Source of the DNA: Alphaproteobacteria bacterium
Lineage (GTDB): Bacteria > Pseudomonadota > Alphaproteobacteria > UBA2966
DNA length: 64,000 nucleotides
Direction of reading: 5' to 3'
Assembly (NCBI GenBank): GCA_964291395.2
Contig: OZ219856.1
Span: 128,001-192,000 of the forward strand
Part shown: one piece after another, positions 50,831 through 62,003 of the stretch
Position numbering within the stretch: the stretch's first letter is position 1
Layout of the letters: each line of letters opens with the position of its first letter
Made by a program: the position numbers and the translations under genes
Notes under the pieces: generated by a model
What the model was told of the DNA's origin: nothing
Databases searched by the model: none
What the model saw: the letters and a program-made list of their open reading frames with translations, nothing else

Positions 50831-52651
50831 CTAGCGGCGTCCGAACAGCCGCTCGATATCGGAGAGCTTGAGCTCGATGTAGGTCGGGCGGCCGTGATTG
50901 CACTGGCCGGAATGGGGGGTCACCTCCATCTCGCGAAGCAGGGCGTTCATCTCCTCCGCCGAAAGCTGCCTGCCCGCCCGCACGCTGCCGTGGCAGGCCA
51001 TGGTGCTGCATACGTCCGCGAGGCGTTCACGAAGGGCCAGCGCGTCTCCGAGATCGCGAAGACCGTCGACGAGGTCCTTCACCAGGGATGCCGCGTTCAC
51101 CTCGCCGAGAACCGCCGGAGTCTCGCGAACCACCACCGCGTCGGAACCGAACGGCTCGACCGACAGTCCGAGCTCGGAAATCTCGTCGGCGCGCGACCGC
51201 AACCGCGCAACGTCATCCTCGGGCAACTCGACGACTTCGGGCAGAAGCAGCATCTGACGGGCAACTCCGGCATGCGAGAGTTCCTTCTTGATGCGCTCGT
51301 ACACCAGCCGTTCGTGCGCGGCATGCTGGTCCACGATGACGATGCCGTCTTCGGTTTGCGAAAGGATATACGTCGCGTGCACCTGGCCGCGCGCGGTACC
51401 CAAAGGATAGGCGTGCGAGGGGCCGTCATCGCCCGCCACTTCGCCGGCGCCGGGCGGCGCCGAAGGCGCAAAGGCGGTGCCGGCGCCGGTCTCCAGCGGA
51501 CGCTGGAACGCGCCGGCGGCCTCCGCGAATCCCGTTCCGTGACGCGGATCGTGACGGGGGTAGGGTGCCGTGAACGGCCTGTCCTGCGGCGCCCCCGACC
51601 CGGTCCGGGCGGCGCCCAGCGCCGCCTGTCCCACCGTGGTCGACGCCCGGTGTCCCGCTTCGGCGAGACCGTGCCTGAGGGCGGAGACGATCAGGCCCCG
51701 GATCAGCCCCGAATCGCGGAACCGAACCTCCGCCTTCGCGGGATGCACGTTGACGTCGACGTCGCGCGCCGGCAGCTCGAGGAACAGCGCCACGACGGGA
51801 TGGCGGTCGCGGGCGAGCAGATCCTGATAGGCGGCCCGGACGGCGCCGCCGAACAGCTTGTCGCGGACCGGACGCCCGTTCACGAACAGGAACTGCATCC
51901 GGGCGTTGCCCCGGTTGAACGTGGGCAGGCCCGCGTAGCCGGACAACGTGACGCCGTCGCGCTCGGCCTGGATGGGGACCGCGTTCTCCACGAAGTCCCG
52001 GCCGACGATCTCCCCCAACCTGTCGAGGCGGGCGGCGAACAGATCCTCCTGGCGGGCCGCCGCGCGAACGACCTCGCGGGAGCCGTCGCCGACGGAGAAC
52101 GCGATCCCGGGATGGGCCAGCGCCAAGCGCCTGACGGCATCCACGGCATGGCCGAACTCCGTCCGTTCCGTCTTGAGAAACTTGAGCCGCGCGGGCGTCG
52201 CGTAGAACAGGTCCCGCACCTCGATCCGGGTCCCCGGCGGATGCCCGGCCGGCGCCATGTCACCGACCGTGCCGCCCTCGACGGTCAACGTCCAGGCCGC
52301 CGCCGCGTCACCCGTGCGGCTCGTCAACGACAGACGACTGACCGCTCCGATGGAGGGCAGGGCCTCGCCCCGGAATCCCAGGGTCGCGATGTCCAGCAGA
52401 TCGTCGGAGGCGAGTTTCGACGTCGCGTGGCGCTCGACGGCGAGGCGGAGTTCCTCGGGCGTCATGCCGATACCGTCATCGACGACCACGATGCCCGTAC
52501 GTCCGCCGTCGGTCACCGTCACGTCGATCCGCCGGGCGTCCGCATCGATGGCGTTCTCGACGAGTTCCTTGACGGCGGCGCCGGGCCGCTCGATCACTTC
52601 ACCGGCCGCGATGCGGCTGACGAGCGATTCCGGAAGGCGTCGAATGGTCAT
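50831..52651 (-). CDS. mutL: DNA mismatch repair protein MutL
   Basis: [32 protein letters not shown]. Confidence 0.97.
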   Translation of the reverse strand: MTIRRLPESLVSRIAAGEVIERPGAAVKELVENAIDADARRIDVTVTDGGRTGIVVVDDGIGMTPEELRLAVERHATSKLASDDLLDIATLGFRGEALPSIGAVSRLSLTSRTGDAAAAWTLTVEGGTVGDMAPAGHPPGTRIEVRDLFYATPARLKFLKTERTEFGHAVDAVRRLALAHPGIAFSVGDGSREVVRAAARQEDLFAARLDRLGEIVGRDFVENAVPIQAERDGVTLSGYAGLPTFNRGNARMQFLFVNGRPVRDKLFGGAVRAAYQDLLARDRHPVVALFLELPARDVDVNVHPAKAEVRFRDSGLIRGLIVSALRHGLAEAGHRASTTVGQAALGAARTGSGAPQDRPFTAPYPRHDPRHGTGFAEAAGAFQRPLETGAGTAFAPSAPPGAGEVAGDDGPSHAYPLGTARGQVHATYILSQTEDGIVIVDQHAAHERLVYERIKKELSHAGVARQMLLLPEVVELPEDDVARLRSRADEISELGLSVEPFGSDAVVVRETPAVLGEVNAASLVKDLVDGLRDLGDALALRERLADVCSTMACHGSVRAGRQLSAEEMNALLREMEVTPHSGQCNHGRPTYIELKLSDIERLFGRR

Positions 52652-52776
52652 GCGAATCGGGAATGCCGGTGTGCGGGGCTCGTGGCGGACGGCCTTCGGT
52701 CCGTCCGGCCGCATCCTACCACGGCGAGAACCGTCATGTACGGATCTGCCGGCACCGGGGAGGCGAGACGAAGCGC

Positions 52777-54156
52777 TCAGCCGTCGTTCCGGACTCCCGC
52801 AGGATCGCCGACGACGACGATCGTAAGGCCGACGCGACCCAGCAAACGTCCGGCGATCCGCCGGATGTCCTCCAGGGTCACGGCATCGATCAGCTCCGAA
52901 CGGCGCCGGATGTAGTCCTTGCCCAGGTCGTCGAGCTGGATGCCCACCAGCGTACGGGCGATCTTGGCGTTGGAATCGAGCTGCAGCGGGAACGACCCGT
53001 TGAGAAACGTCTTGGCGCGTTCGAGCTCGTCCGCGGTGATGCCGTTCGCGGCGACGTCGGCGATCTGGGCCTCGATGATGTCGAGGGAGTCGCCGACCCG
53101 CTCGTTCACGGTGGCCACGCCGCCGAGATAGACGGCGGAATGGTCGTAAGGATGGAGGTACGTGTACACCGAATACGCGAGGCCGCGCTTCTCGCGGACC
53201 TCCTGGTACAGCCGCGAAGCAAATCCGCCGCCGCCGAGCACGTAGTTCATGAGGTAGGCGGCGTAGAAATCGGGGTCGTCGCGCTTGAGTCCGGGGAGCC
53301 CGAACATCACCACGCTTTGTGGAATCGGTTTACGAACGACCGTGACCGATCCTGCGGCCGACGGCATGGTTTCGGCCACCTCGACCGGCCTCGCCGTTTC
53401 CGCGAGGTCGCCAAAGCCGATATCCAACAATCGCTGCAGCTCTTTCGGCGTGACGTCGCCCACCACCCCGATGACGGCGTTGTCCCGGGCGAACCGGTTG
53501 CGGCTGAAAGCCGCGAGATCGTCCCGGGTGATCGTGGCGATGCTCTCCGGTGTCCCGCGGTTCGGCCGTCCATAGGGGTGATCGGGGAACGCCTTGGCGA
53601 ACCAGGTACGGCCGGCGATGCGGTCCGGGTCTTCCGCGTCACGGGCCAGAACGACCCTCAGCTGCTGGCGGATGCGCTCCACGGGCCGCGGATCGTAACG
53701 CGGCGTGGAGAGGGCCATTCCGAGCATGCGGAAGGCCTCGTCGCGGTGCTCGGCCAGCGTCCGAACGCTCAAGCGGAACGTGTCCTTGTTGGCGCGGGCG
53801 GAAAATCCGATGGCGAGCTCCTGCAGCCGTTCCTGAAAGGCGGCCGAGTCGAGATCGCCCGCCCCTTCGTCGAGAAGGCCGGCGACCATGTTGGCCAAGC
53901 CCTCCTTCCCTGCCGGGTCGGTAGCGGAACCGCCGCGGAAGGCGATCTGGACGGAAATGACGGGAATACCGGGCTCGTTGACGAGCCATGCCCTCACGCC
54001 CCTGGCGCTTTCGATTTCGAGGATTTCGGGAGCGGCGAGCGCCTGCGGCGGCGGCAGGGCCGCGACCGCGGCGAGCAGCGCGGCGGCGGCGGCCGATCGA
54101 ACCGTCCGGAGCCCCGACGCCGTGAGGGTGCGGTCGAATCCCCTACCGGGCCGCAT
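52777..54156 (-). CDS. M16 peptidase, non-catalytic partner subunit
   Basis: M16-type sequence ([21 protein letters not shown]) with no HxxEH; signal peptide. Confidence 0.88.
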   Translation of the reverse strand: MRPGRGFDRTLTASGLRTVRSAAAAALLAAVAALPPPQALAAPEILEIESARGVRAWLVNEPGIPVISVQIAFRGGSATDPAGKEGLANMVAGLLDEGAGDLDSAAFQERLQELAIGFSARANKDTFRLSVRTLAEHRDEAFRMLGMALSTPRYDPRPVERIRQQLRVVLARDAEDPDRIAGRTWFAKAFPDHPYGRPNRGTPESIATITRDDLAAFSRNRFARDNAVIGVVGDVTPKELQRLLDIGFGDLAETARPVEVAETMPSAAGSVTVVRKPIPQSVVMFGLPGLKRDDPDFYAAYLMNYVLGGGGFASRLYQEVREKRGLAYSVYTYLHPYDHSAVYLGGVATVNERVGDSLDIIEAQIADVAANGITADELERAKTFLNGSFPLQLDSNAKIARTLVGIQLDDLGKDYIRRRSELIDAVTLEDIRRIAGRLLGRVGLTIVVVGDPAGVRNDG

Positions 54157-54164
54157 CCGCAGTC

Positions 54165-55556
54165 CTAACCGTCCCGCTGCGGCAACAGGAGACCGGTCAC
54201 CGACGTGCGATCGTCGAACACGTGCCGCGCCGCCGCCAGAACGTCTTCGGCGGTCACGGCGGCGATCAGGTCCGGCCAGGCTTCCACGTCCTGCGCGGTG
54301 CGGCCGACCGCGAGCGCGGCGCCGAAAATGCGCGCCCCGGTCGCCAGACTGTCCCGGGAGAACACGGCTGCGGCCGTCATGCCGGCCTTCGCCCGCCGAA
54401 GCTCTTCCTCCGTGACCCCGGAGTCCAGCAGCTTGCCGATCTCCTCCTCGATCCGCGTTTCGATCGTCTCGAGGTCCCCGCCGGCCCGCGGACTGCCGTA
54501 GAGATAGAACCGCGAGAGGTCCAGCGAGCCGCCGCCGTAAGATGTCCCGGCGCCGCTCGCCACCTTTTCCTCGACGACCAGCCGCCTGTAGAGGCGCGAC
54601 GTCGTTCCGCCGCCGAGAATCTCCGAAAGAACCTGGAGCGGTATCGCATGCCGGGTCTCGCCGGCCGTTCTGCTGGGCGCCAGGTAGGTCCGTCTCCAGG
54701 ACGGCACGCGGACCCGGGGATCGCGCATCACGACGCGCCGGGCGGCCCGCTGCGGCGGCTCGCGCAGACGCTGGCGTGCCGCGACGTCTCGCGCCGGAAT
54801 GGGGCCGTAGTGCCTTTCGGCCAGCGGACGCACCCGGTCCGGGGTCACGTCCCCCGCGACGATCAGCACGGCGTTGTTCGGCGCATAGTACCCGGCATAG
54901 AGATCGAGCAGGTCCTGCCGCGAGAGCTCCGCCACCTCGTGCTCCCAGCCGATCACGGGGCGCCCGTAGGGGTGCGAGTGGAACTGCACGGAGCTCATCT
55001 GCTCGCTCAGCAGACTGCTCGGATCGTTCTCCAGCCGCGAACGGCGCTCCTCCTGAACGACCCCGCGTTCGGCGGCGATATCCTCCTCGCGCACCACCAG
55101 GTTGGTCATGCGATCGGCCTCCAACCGCATCACCGTCCCCAGATGCCGGGAGGCGATCGTCTGGTAGTAGCCCGTGTAGTCGTAACCCGTGAAGGCGTTC
55201 TCGCGGCCGCCGAGGCGGGCCACGGTCCGCGAGAATTCGCCCGCCGGAACGTTCCGCGTCCCCTTGAACATGATGTGCTCGAGGTAGTGGGCGAGGCCGG
55301 ACCTGCCCGGCGGGTCGTCGGCCGCGCCCACCTTGTACCAGATCATGTGGGTGACGACGGGAGCCCGGTGATCCGAAATCACGACGACCTGCAGTCCGTT
55401 GTCGAGGGTGAACTGGCGGGGGTCGAACAGGCCCGCTCGCGTGGCGCCGTGGAGGTCGCCGGCGAGGAGGGCCAGGAACAAGGCCGCGGCGAGGACCGGA
55501 AAACCCGGCCACAGGCGCCGTCCACCCCTGAATTTCCCCGGCACGGTGCGAGCCAT
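54165..55556 (-). CDS. M16 peptidase, catalytic subunit
   Basis: GLAHYLEHIMFKGT, ENAFT, HPYGRPVIGW. Confidence 0.92.
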   Translation of the reverse strand: MARTVPGKFRGGRRLWPGFPVLAAALFLALLAGDLHGATRAGLFDPRQFTLDNGLQVVVISDHRAPVVTHMIWYKVGAADDPPGRSGLAHYLEHIMFKGTRNVPAGEFSRTVARLGGRENAFTGYDYTGYYQTIASRHLGTVMRLEADRMTNLVVREEDIAAERGVVQEERRSRLENDPSSLLSEQMSSVQFHSHPYGRPVIGWEHEVAELSRQDLLDLYAGYYAPNNAVLIVAGDVTPDRVRPLAERHYGPIPARDVAARQRLREPPQRAARRVVMRDPRVRVPSWRRTYLAPSRTAGETRHAIPLQVLSEILGGGTTSRLYRRLVVEEKVASGAGTSYGGGSLDLSRFYLYGSPRAGGDLETIETRIEEEIGKLLDSGVTEEELRRAKAGMTAAAVFSRDSLATGARIFGAALAVGRTAQDVEAWPDLIAAVTAEDVLAAARHVFDDRTSVTGLLLPQRDG

Positions 55557-55782
55557 ATCGCCTCGTTCTCCCCGTTCGCGGACGTCACGCGCGATCCCTG
55601 GAGAATATGGAGGTGTGAAAGGCGACCGCAAGCGGGGGAACTTCACGCTCCCGTGAATTCGGGGATGCGGACGCGGCAAGGCGACGCCGTGGGCATCTCG
55701 GCGGTCGGAAGCCGCGGGGAATGTGGACGGTCTATCCGCATGGGTGCTTGCGCGCCGGGCCGTGCTCCGCCACAAGGAGGCG

Positions 55783-55975
55783 GTGACGGGAACGAGCGCG
55801 AAACTGACGGCCGCGGTGGAGGCGTATTTCGCCGATCTCGCGCGGGTGCGCGCCTCGGGCGGCGCGACCGGAGAACGGTCGAGCTACGGGCCGCTCGCCA
55901 ACCTGCTCAACGCCGTCGGCGCGGCGCTCAAGCCGAAGGTGTTCTGCGTCGGCGAGCTTGCCGACCAGGGCGGAG
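55783..55975 (+). pseudogene. Truncated N-terminus of a probable restriction-modification (N-6 methylase/type IIG-ISP-like) protein
   Basis: AAGGAGG SD plus GTG; YFADLARVRASGGATGERSSYGPLANLLNAVG...VFCVGELADQG resembles, from recall, the N-termini of fused RM enzymes; degenerates before the expected PD motif. Confidence 0.55.
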
Positions 55976-56024
55976 CGGGATCGCAGGAAAGAGCAGGAAG
56001 CACCGGGGCTGCAAGAGTGCGCGA

Positions 56025-57563
56025 TCAGCCGGCGCGCTCCATTGACCACAGCACCTGATCGGCAATAAATCGCGCGAATGGTTCCATGTCTTGCTGGACG
56101 CTGGCGCGTTCAAGCGCGGCGAGATAGGGATCGCGGTCTTCCACGCGGATTATGCTCCATGGATAGCCGCCGGAGGCCAGCATGGTGTTCATAAGGAAGC
56201 GCGCCATGCGCCCGTTGCCGTCCGGATAGGGATGGATGTAACCGAAGAGCCAGTGCCCCAGGACGGCGCGCACCGACGGTTCGGGTTCGTTTTCCAGCAG
56301 GTCGAACAATGCGGGCATGGCGTCACGCACGGCTTCCCGGCGGGGCGGCACGTGGCGCGATCCGCGCAGGAAAACCGAGTCGTTCCGGTAGCCGGCAAGC
56401 GCCGAGGCTTTGATCAGACCCGCGGCAACAGAGGGCGCAAACATTTCCCGATACCAGTCCCGATGGACGGTACGGGCCAAGACGCCGGGATTCGCGCCGT
56501 CAATCACTTCCCCGACAGTCCTTCGGACAAGCTGAAATGCCTGCCAGTAACCGCGTGCCGCCAGTGCATCGCGGGTCTGGCGGTCGACGTCACGTCCGTG
56601 CGGGTCCCAATCACCTGCGCGCACCTGTTCGATCAGCTCAGGCGTTACACGGTATCCTTCGATCGACAACGAGTGATAGGCGTCATTCCGATAGATGTCA
56701 TCGACGAAGGAGAGATAGGCACTCTTGTCCAGCGGCAATCCGGGGGCTTTCGAGAAAGCCGCGATAACGGGTTCGCGGAAGGCTTTCCACATGGATTGCA
56801 GGCGACCGACAACAGGCGGGCGCACCTGATTGGCGATGGCGAACGTGTTGCCCGATACGAACGGATCGGTCTCGCGTACGTCGTAACCGGCGCGTCTCAT
56901 GACGGTCAGAATCTCGTCAGCCTCAGTGGCTCGGCGAAGTCGGCGAAGGGCACCGGCAAGCCGACCGGCAACGACCGAATGGCCGCCACCAAGGAGCCGG
57001 CCCAGCAGGTCGGCCGCATCGCGGATACCGGAGAGCACCACCTGTGCCTCGACCGGGTAGCGGGCAAAGAACGCTGCGGGGACTCTCGTCACCGCCGCTT
57101 CAGGCACGTAAAGCCTGAGGCCGTTCCGGGTCGTCAGATCTGCGTGAGGAGGCATGCCGTTCTGCTTGAGGTCGTAGAGGGACGTGTCAAACGGCAGCTC
57201 GACCCGGTTGTTGGCGCCTCTCGGTGTATAGACGATGACCTGCCGAGGTATGACGGTGTATTCCGCGTGGAGCAGTAGAGATTGCTCGGGGGACAGGTGC
57301 CAAGCCTCACCGAAGCGATTGCTGCAATAGGAAGCGCAGAATTCCCAGAATGATGCATACCACGGCGTCGTGTCGCCAGGGTCGGCGTCGGGGCTGGACG
57401 AGATCAGCCAGCCCTTCATGACCTCGCGCAGGAAGCCGTTCTTGACCAGGCGCTCCCGGTGAAGTCGCGTCAGCTCAGCGGAGCGGAAGACCCGCCGGCC
57501 TGTTTTCCGGAGCTTCTCGAGCTGCGCCAAGGACGAGGCGAGCTTCTCGTTAGGTGCCGCCAT
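56025..57563 (-). CDS. Fic domain protein, class II (about 512 aa) with N-terminal extension
   Basis: HPYPDGNGRMAR Fic motif; SLSIEG inhibitory (S/T)xxxE(G/N) motif. Confidence 0.92.
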   Translation of the reverse strand: MAAPNEKLASSLAQLEKLRKTGRRVFRSAELTRLHRERLVKNGFLREVMKGWLISSSPDADPGDTTPWYASFWEFCASYCSNRFGEAWHLSPEQSLLLHAEYTVIPRQVIVYTPRGANNRVELPFDTSLYDLKQNGMPPHADLTTRNGLRLYVPEAAVTRVPAAFFARYPVEAQVVLSGIRDAADLLGRLLGGGHSVVAGRLAGALRRLRRATEADEILTVMRRAGYDVRETDPFVSGNTFAIANQVRPPVVGRLQSMWKAFREPVIAAFSKAPGLPLDKSAYLSFVDDIYRNDAYHSLSIEGYRVTPELIEQVRAGDWDPHGRDVDRQTRDALAARGYWQAFQLVRRTVGEVIDGANPGVLARTVHRDWYREMFAPSVAAGLIKASALAGYRNDSVFLRGSRHVPPRREAVRDAMPALFDLLENEPEPSVRAVLGHWLFGYIHPYPDGNGRMARFLMNTMLASGGYPWSIIRVEDRDPYLAALERASVQQDMEPFARFIADQVLWSMERAG

Positions 57564-57580
57564 GCCAAGCCTTCCAGCGC

Positions 57581-57641
57581 TTTCGCAAGTGTAATGCGTT
57601 GTGCTGTTACAAGTATATATTGATGATTTTTGACAAGTCAA
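57581..57641 (-). promoter_or_regulatory. Fic promoter overlapped by three phased 10-bp direct repeats
   Basis: Minus strand TTGACT-N18-TATACT; plus-strand repeats TTTCGCAAGT/TGTTACAAGT/TTTGACAAGT at 57581, 57605, 57629. Confidence 0.65.
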
Positions 57642-57921
57642 TGATGCCGTGTCATCGCGCGTGAATCATGACGTATCGATGCGGGTCTTTGTTGGAACGT
57701 CGTCGCACCCTCAGGAGGGAGGTTCCTTCCGGGACGGATGCCTCGCGGTCCAGGGGTGACCAAGTGTTGCACCGGATGCAGAGCCTCAGTGAGGGGCTGG
57801 ACCCGTTCATCGAGGCTTCGATCAAGGGCCGCAAGGCTTTGCGACCAGGGCGGTTTCCACCGCTTCACGCGACGGCGGACACCGGCCGGACGTGCATCGG
57901 CGATGCGTCGGGCGGGACCGA

Positions 57922-58503
57922 TCAGAAAGCGCGCTTGAAGATCGAGTCCCTGCGTTCGATCACGGGCACCTCGCCCTGGGCCGGTGACTGACCCTTCTCC
58001 GCGGCCTCGCGCAGGCGTTCGGCCTCCTTCTCCGCATCGACGAGCGACTCCTCTTCGGAGTCGTCCTGCCAGAACAGCAGGCGCCGGGTAAACGAGGGGT
58101 CCTTTTCCGCCAACGCCGAGGTCTCGCGGCGGAGGACGGCCCGTATCTGCGGATCCGCCTCGTCCGTACCCGCTTTTCTCAGGAAGAGGGTTTCGGCGCG
58201 GCTGCGGGCCGGCTGCGCGCCGGTTTCGCGGGCGGCCGCGGCGCCGGACCGGTCCCGCGCGGCGCCGATCAGCGCGCGCCGGGCCTGTTCGCGTACCTGA
58301 ACGTCCTGCGGTCCGCTCGATCCCGGCCTGGGCGGCCGCAGGGTGAAGTCGGGTGGAATGATGAGCGGCGCCTTCGTGACCACGGTGAATTCGTCCGGGG
58401 CCGACTTCGTCAGCCCGAGCTGCTTCTTGACGCCGGTACAGGAGGACAGCGCCGCCCCCAGCAGAAGAACGGCAAGGCATCGGGAAATCGGTGGGGTCGT
58501 CAT
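57922..58503 (-). CDS. DUF3035 family lipoprotein
   Basis: Lipobox LSSC, PDEFTVVTKAPLIIPPDFTLRPPRPG; downstream of lspA. Confidence 0.9.
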   Translation of the reverse strand: MTTPPISRCLAVLLLGAALSSCTGVKKQLGLTKSAPDEFTVVTKAPLIIPPDFTLRPPRPGSSGPQDVQVREQARRALIGAARDRSGAAAARETGAQPARSRAETLFLRKAGTDEADPQIRAVLRRETSALAEKDPSFTRRLLFWQDDSEEESLVDAEKEAERLREAAEKGQSPAQGEVPVIERRDSIFKRAF

Positions 58504-58544
58504 CTTCGGGAACCGTTCGCTCGATAAGACACGCTCGACATGAT

Positions 58545-59016
58545 TCAGGCTTCGTCCCGCCGCGCGTGGAAAAATCCATCATACAGCAGCGCGATCACGC
58601 CGGCGACGATGGCCGAATCGGCAACATTGAAGGCGGGCCAATGATACCCCGCCACGTGAAAGATCCAGGAAATCCAGAACGGCACCGAAGGTCAGACGGT
58701 CGAACGTGTTGCCGAGCGCCCCCCCGATGACGAGACCGAGACCGCTCGCCATGACCCGATTCCCGGCCCGGCGCAGCCAAACGATCAATGCCACGACGAT
58801 GGCGAGGGCGAGCCCCGACAACAACAGGGGCGCCAGAGAGGATTGGCTCTGCAGCATTCCGAAGCTCACGCCCGTATTCCAGACGACCCGGACGTCGAAG
58901 AACGGCGCGACCGCATAGTGCGCGGCACCAAGGCCCCAGACGTCGAGGACCAGCCACTTGGTGAGGCGATCACAGGCGAAGACCGCGAACGCGATTCCCG
59001 CGCCCCAGCGCCACAT
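58545..59016 (-). pseudogene. lspA: Lipoprotein signal peptidase II with an apparent 1-nt insertion frameshift at 58659-58661
   Basis: [26 protein letters not shown] in frame 0; [17 protein letters not shown] continues in the shifted frame; length 472 = 3n+1. Confidence 0.85.
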
Positions 59017-61877
59017 CAGGCATTCGCCACGACGGCCGGCGGCGCGGCATCGACCGCGTTCCCGCACCGCCGACAGAGGTCGGGGTGAACGGGATCGTCG
59101 CCCACCTCCGCCAGCACCTGCCAGCACCGCTCGCACCTGGTCCCGTCGGCCGGGTCCGGCACGACGGTCACGCCCGCCACCTCCTCAAGGCGGAAACCGT
59201 CCTCCGGTCCTTCGGCGACGACGAGCTCGGCCCCCGACGTGATGGCGATCTCGCCCAGGTCGAGTCCTTCGAGGGCCTCCGCGAACTCCGGGGTGACATG
59301 GACTCTGGGCCGGGACTGGAGGCTGGAGCCGATGCGTTTTTCCCGGCGCTCCACCTCGAGGGCACCCGTGACGACCCGCCGCAGGTTGCGGACCTTTTCC
59401 CACTTCCGCGCCAGAGCGTCGTCGCGCCACTCCTCCGGCACGCTCGGGAAGGTCCGGAGATGAACGCTGCCGTCCTCTCCCGGATTTCGGGACAGCCAGG
59501 CTTCCTCGGCGGTGAAACACAGGACCGGCGCGAGCCAGGCCGTCAGGCAATCGAACAAGGTATCGAGCACCGTCCGGGCCGCCCGGCGACGCGGCGAATC
59601 GAGCCTGTCGCAATAGAGCGAGTCCTTGCGGATATCGAAGTACAACGCCGACAGATCCACCGTGCAGAAGTTGTAGAGAGCAACGAACATGCGATGGAAA
59701 TCGAAATCGTCGCACGACCGGCGGACGAGCCGGTCGAGCTCGCAGAGCCGATGCAACACCCAACGCTCCAGCTCGGGCATCCCGCTCGCCGGCACGCGTT
59801 CGGATTCGTCGAACTCCGCGAGGTTGCCGAGCAGGAAGCGCAAGGTGTTGCGGAGCTTCCGGTAGGCGTCCACCTGCGTCTTGATGATCTCGGGGCCGAT
59901 GCGAAGATCTTCGGTGAAATCCGAGCTGACCACCCAGAGCCGCAGGATATCGGCCCCGTGCCGATCCATGATCTCCTGGGGCCCGACCACATTGCCGAGC
60001 GATTTCGACATCTTCCGTCCGTGCTCGTCGAGGACGAAGCCGTGGGTCAGCACCGCGTCGTAGGGCGCCCGTCCGCGCGTGCCGCAGGACTCGAGCAACG
60101 AGGAATGGAACCAGCCCCGGTGCTGATCGGAGCCCTCCAGATAGAGGGACGCCGGCCACGAGAGGTCATCCCGGATCTCGAGCACGAAGCTGTGGGTCGA
60201 TCCCGACTCGAACCACACGTCGACGATGTCGTCGACCTTGTCGTAGTCCGCCGGGTCGTAGTCCGGCCCGAGGAAGCGTTCCGCACCGCTGGTGAACCAG
60301 GCATCCGCGCCTTCCCGCCCGAAGGTCTCGACGATCCGTCGGTTGACCTTCTCGTCCCGCAGCGGTTCGCCGGTCTTCCTGTCGACGAACACGGTGATGG
60401 GAACGCCCCAGGCGCGCTGGCGCGAGATCACCCATTCCGGCCTCTGCTCCACCATGGAGTAGATCCGGGCGTGGCCGCTTTTCGGCACCCATCTCACCTC
60501 GTCGATGGCCTTCAGCGCGGTCTTCCGCAGGTCGTTCTCGGACATGCCGATGAACCATTGCGGCGTATTGCGGAAGATGAGGGGCGCCTTCGACCGCCAT
60601 GAATGCGGATAGGAGTGGGTGATCCTGCCGCGTCCCAGAAGTCCGCCGGCGCCCCGCAGCGCCTCGCACACCGGGTCGTCGGCCTTGAACACGTGGACGC
60701 CGGCGAAGAGCGGCACGTGATCGAAGAAGTTGCCGTCCTCGTCCACGGTGTGCGGCACCTCGATGCCGTTGGCCTGGCCGAGCTCGAAATCCTCCGCGCC
60801 GTGGCCCGGGGCGATGTGCACGAACCCCGTGCCCTGCTCCATGTCGACGAAATCCGCCGGCAGCAACGGCACTTCGAAATCATAGCCCTGGCCGCGGAGG
60901 GGATGTTGACAGAGCGTACCGGCCAGGTCGGCGCCGCTGAACCGTTCCACGACGTCGTGGCCGGCGATGCCCGTCTGTCGGCACACGTCGCCGATCAGCG
61001 CCGCGGCCACCACGATCTCCTCGCCGACGACGGCCAGACTCGCGTCGCCGACCTCGGTTACGCGAATCCGCGCATACTGGACCTTGGGAGAAACGGCGAG
61101 CGCCCGGTTCCCCGGCATGGTCCACGGGGTCGTCGTCCAGATCACGATGCTGGCGCCCGACGCCGCCGTGACCGGCGACGATTCGAGAACGCGGAACCGC
61201 ACGTAGACGGTCGTCGACACATGGTCGTGATACTCGATCTCGGCCTCGGCGAGCGCCGTCTTCTCGACGACAGACCACATGACGGGTTTCGACCCCTTGT
61301 AGAGGCCGCCGTTCATCAGGAACCGGCAGATCTCGTCCGCGATGATGGCTTCGGACTCGCGATGCATGGTGGCGTAAGGGCGCTTCCAGTCGCCGAGCAC
61401 GCCGAGTCTCTGGAACTCCCGGCTCTGGATGCCGATCCATTTCTCCGCGAATTCCCGGCATTCCTGACGGAATCGCACGATCGGCACCTCATCCTTGTCC
61501 CGGCCCGAATCCCGGTACATCTGCTCCACCTGCCACTCGATGGGCAAGCCGTGACAATCCCATCCGGGGACGTAGTTCGCGTCCTTCCCCATCATCTGCT
61601 GGGACCGGTTCACCACATCCTTGAGGATCTTGTTGAGCGCCGTGCCGATGTGGATGTTGCCGTTCGCATAGGGCGGACCGTCGTGGAGGATGAACGCCTC
61701 GCGGCCCTTCGAGGCTTCCCGCAGCCGTGCATAGAGGTCGAGCCCGGCCCAGCGCTCGAGCAGTTCGGGCTCGCGCCTGGGCAGTCCGGCACGCATGGGA
61801 AAATCGGTTTTGGGCAGAAATACCGTCGACCGGTAATCGGCGCCGGAACGATCGGAGGCTTGTTGTTTGGCAGACAT
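59016..61877 (-). CDS. ileS: Isoleucine--tRNA ligase
   Basis: [36 protein letters not shown]-terminal CERC zinc motif. Confidence 0.98.
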   Translation of the reverse strand: MSAKQQASDRSGADYRSTVFLPKTDFPMRAGLPRREPELLERWAGLDLYARLREASKGREAFILHDGPPYANGNIHIGTALNKILKDVVNRSQQMMGKDANYVPGWDCHGLPIEWQVEQMYRDSGRDKDEVPIVRFRQECREFAEKWIGIQSREFQRLGVLGDWKRPYATMHRESEAIIADEICRFLMNGGLYKGSKPVMWSVVEKTALAEAEIEYHDHVSTTVYVRFRVLESSPVTAASGASIVIWTTTPWTMPGNRALAVSPKVQYARIRVTEVGDASLAVVGEEIVVAAALIGDVCRQTGIAGHDVVERFSGADLAGTLCQHPLRGQGYDFEVPLLPADFVDMEQGTGFVHIAPGHGAEDFELGQANGIEVPHTVDEDGNFFDHVPLFAGVHVFKADDPVCEALRGAGGLLGRGRITHSYPHSWRSKAPLIFRNTPQWFIGMSENDLRKTALKAIDEVRWVPKSGHARIYSMVEQRPEWVISRQRAWGVPITVFVDRKTGEPLRDEKVNRRIVETFGREGADAWFTSGAERFLGPDYDPADYDKVDDIVDVWFESGSTHSFVLEIRDDLSWPASLYLEGSDQHRGWFHSSLLESCGTRGRAPYDAVLTHGFVLDEHGRKMSKSLGNVVGPQEIMDRHGADILRLWVVSSDFTEDLRIGPEIIKTQVDAYRKLRNTLRFLLGNLAEFDESERVPASGMPELERWVLHRLCELDRLVRRSCDDFDFHRMFVALYNFCTVDLSALYFDIRKDSLYCDRLDSPRRRAARTVLDTLFDCLTAWLAPVLCFTAEEAWLSRNPGEDGSVHLRTFPSVPEEWRDDALARKWEKVRNLRRVVTGALEVERREKRIGSSLQSRPRVHVTPEFAEALEGLDLGEIAITSGAELVVAEGPEDGFRLEEVAGVTVVPDPADGTRCERCWQVLAEVGDDPVHPDLCRRCGNAVDAAPPAVVANA

Positions 61878-61929
61878 CGTCAGTGCAACTTTCGCGGACG
61901 GGATGCGAAAAAGGTGAAAAGGCTCGTGG

Positions 61930-62003
61930 CCCGACCCTCAGTGGAGGGCCGGGATCGTAATTCGTTCGCTTCCCGCCGCTCGTTCGTGCATTGCCGACAA
62001 CAT
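61930..62003 (-). promoter_or_regulatory. Putative ileS leader: 21-aa uORF plus overlapping hairpin
   Basis: MLSAMHERAAGSERITIPALH* (62003-61938); hairpin CCCGGCCCTC-CACT-GAGGGTCGGG (61930-61953). Confidence 0.5.

Noticed and set aside
54157-55512. Apparent 911-aa fused M16 protein
   Set aside because: The N-terminal half is an alternative frame of the upstream M16 gene; there are two separate genes
57564-57641. MTCQKSSIYTCNSTTHYTC N-terminal extension of Fic with periodic Cys
   Set aside because: An artefact of translating the 24-bp-spaced ACTTG promoter repeats; the real start is likely ATG 57563
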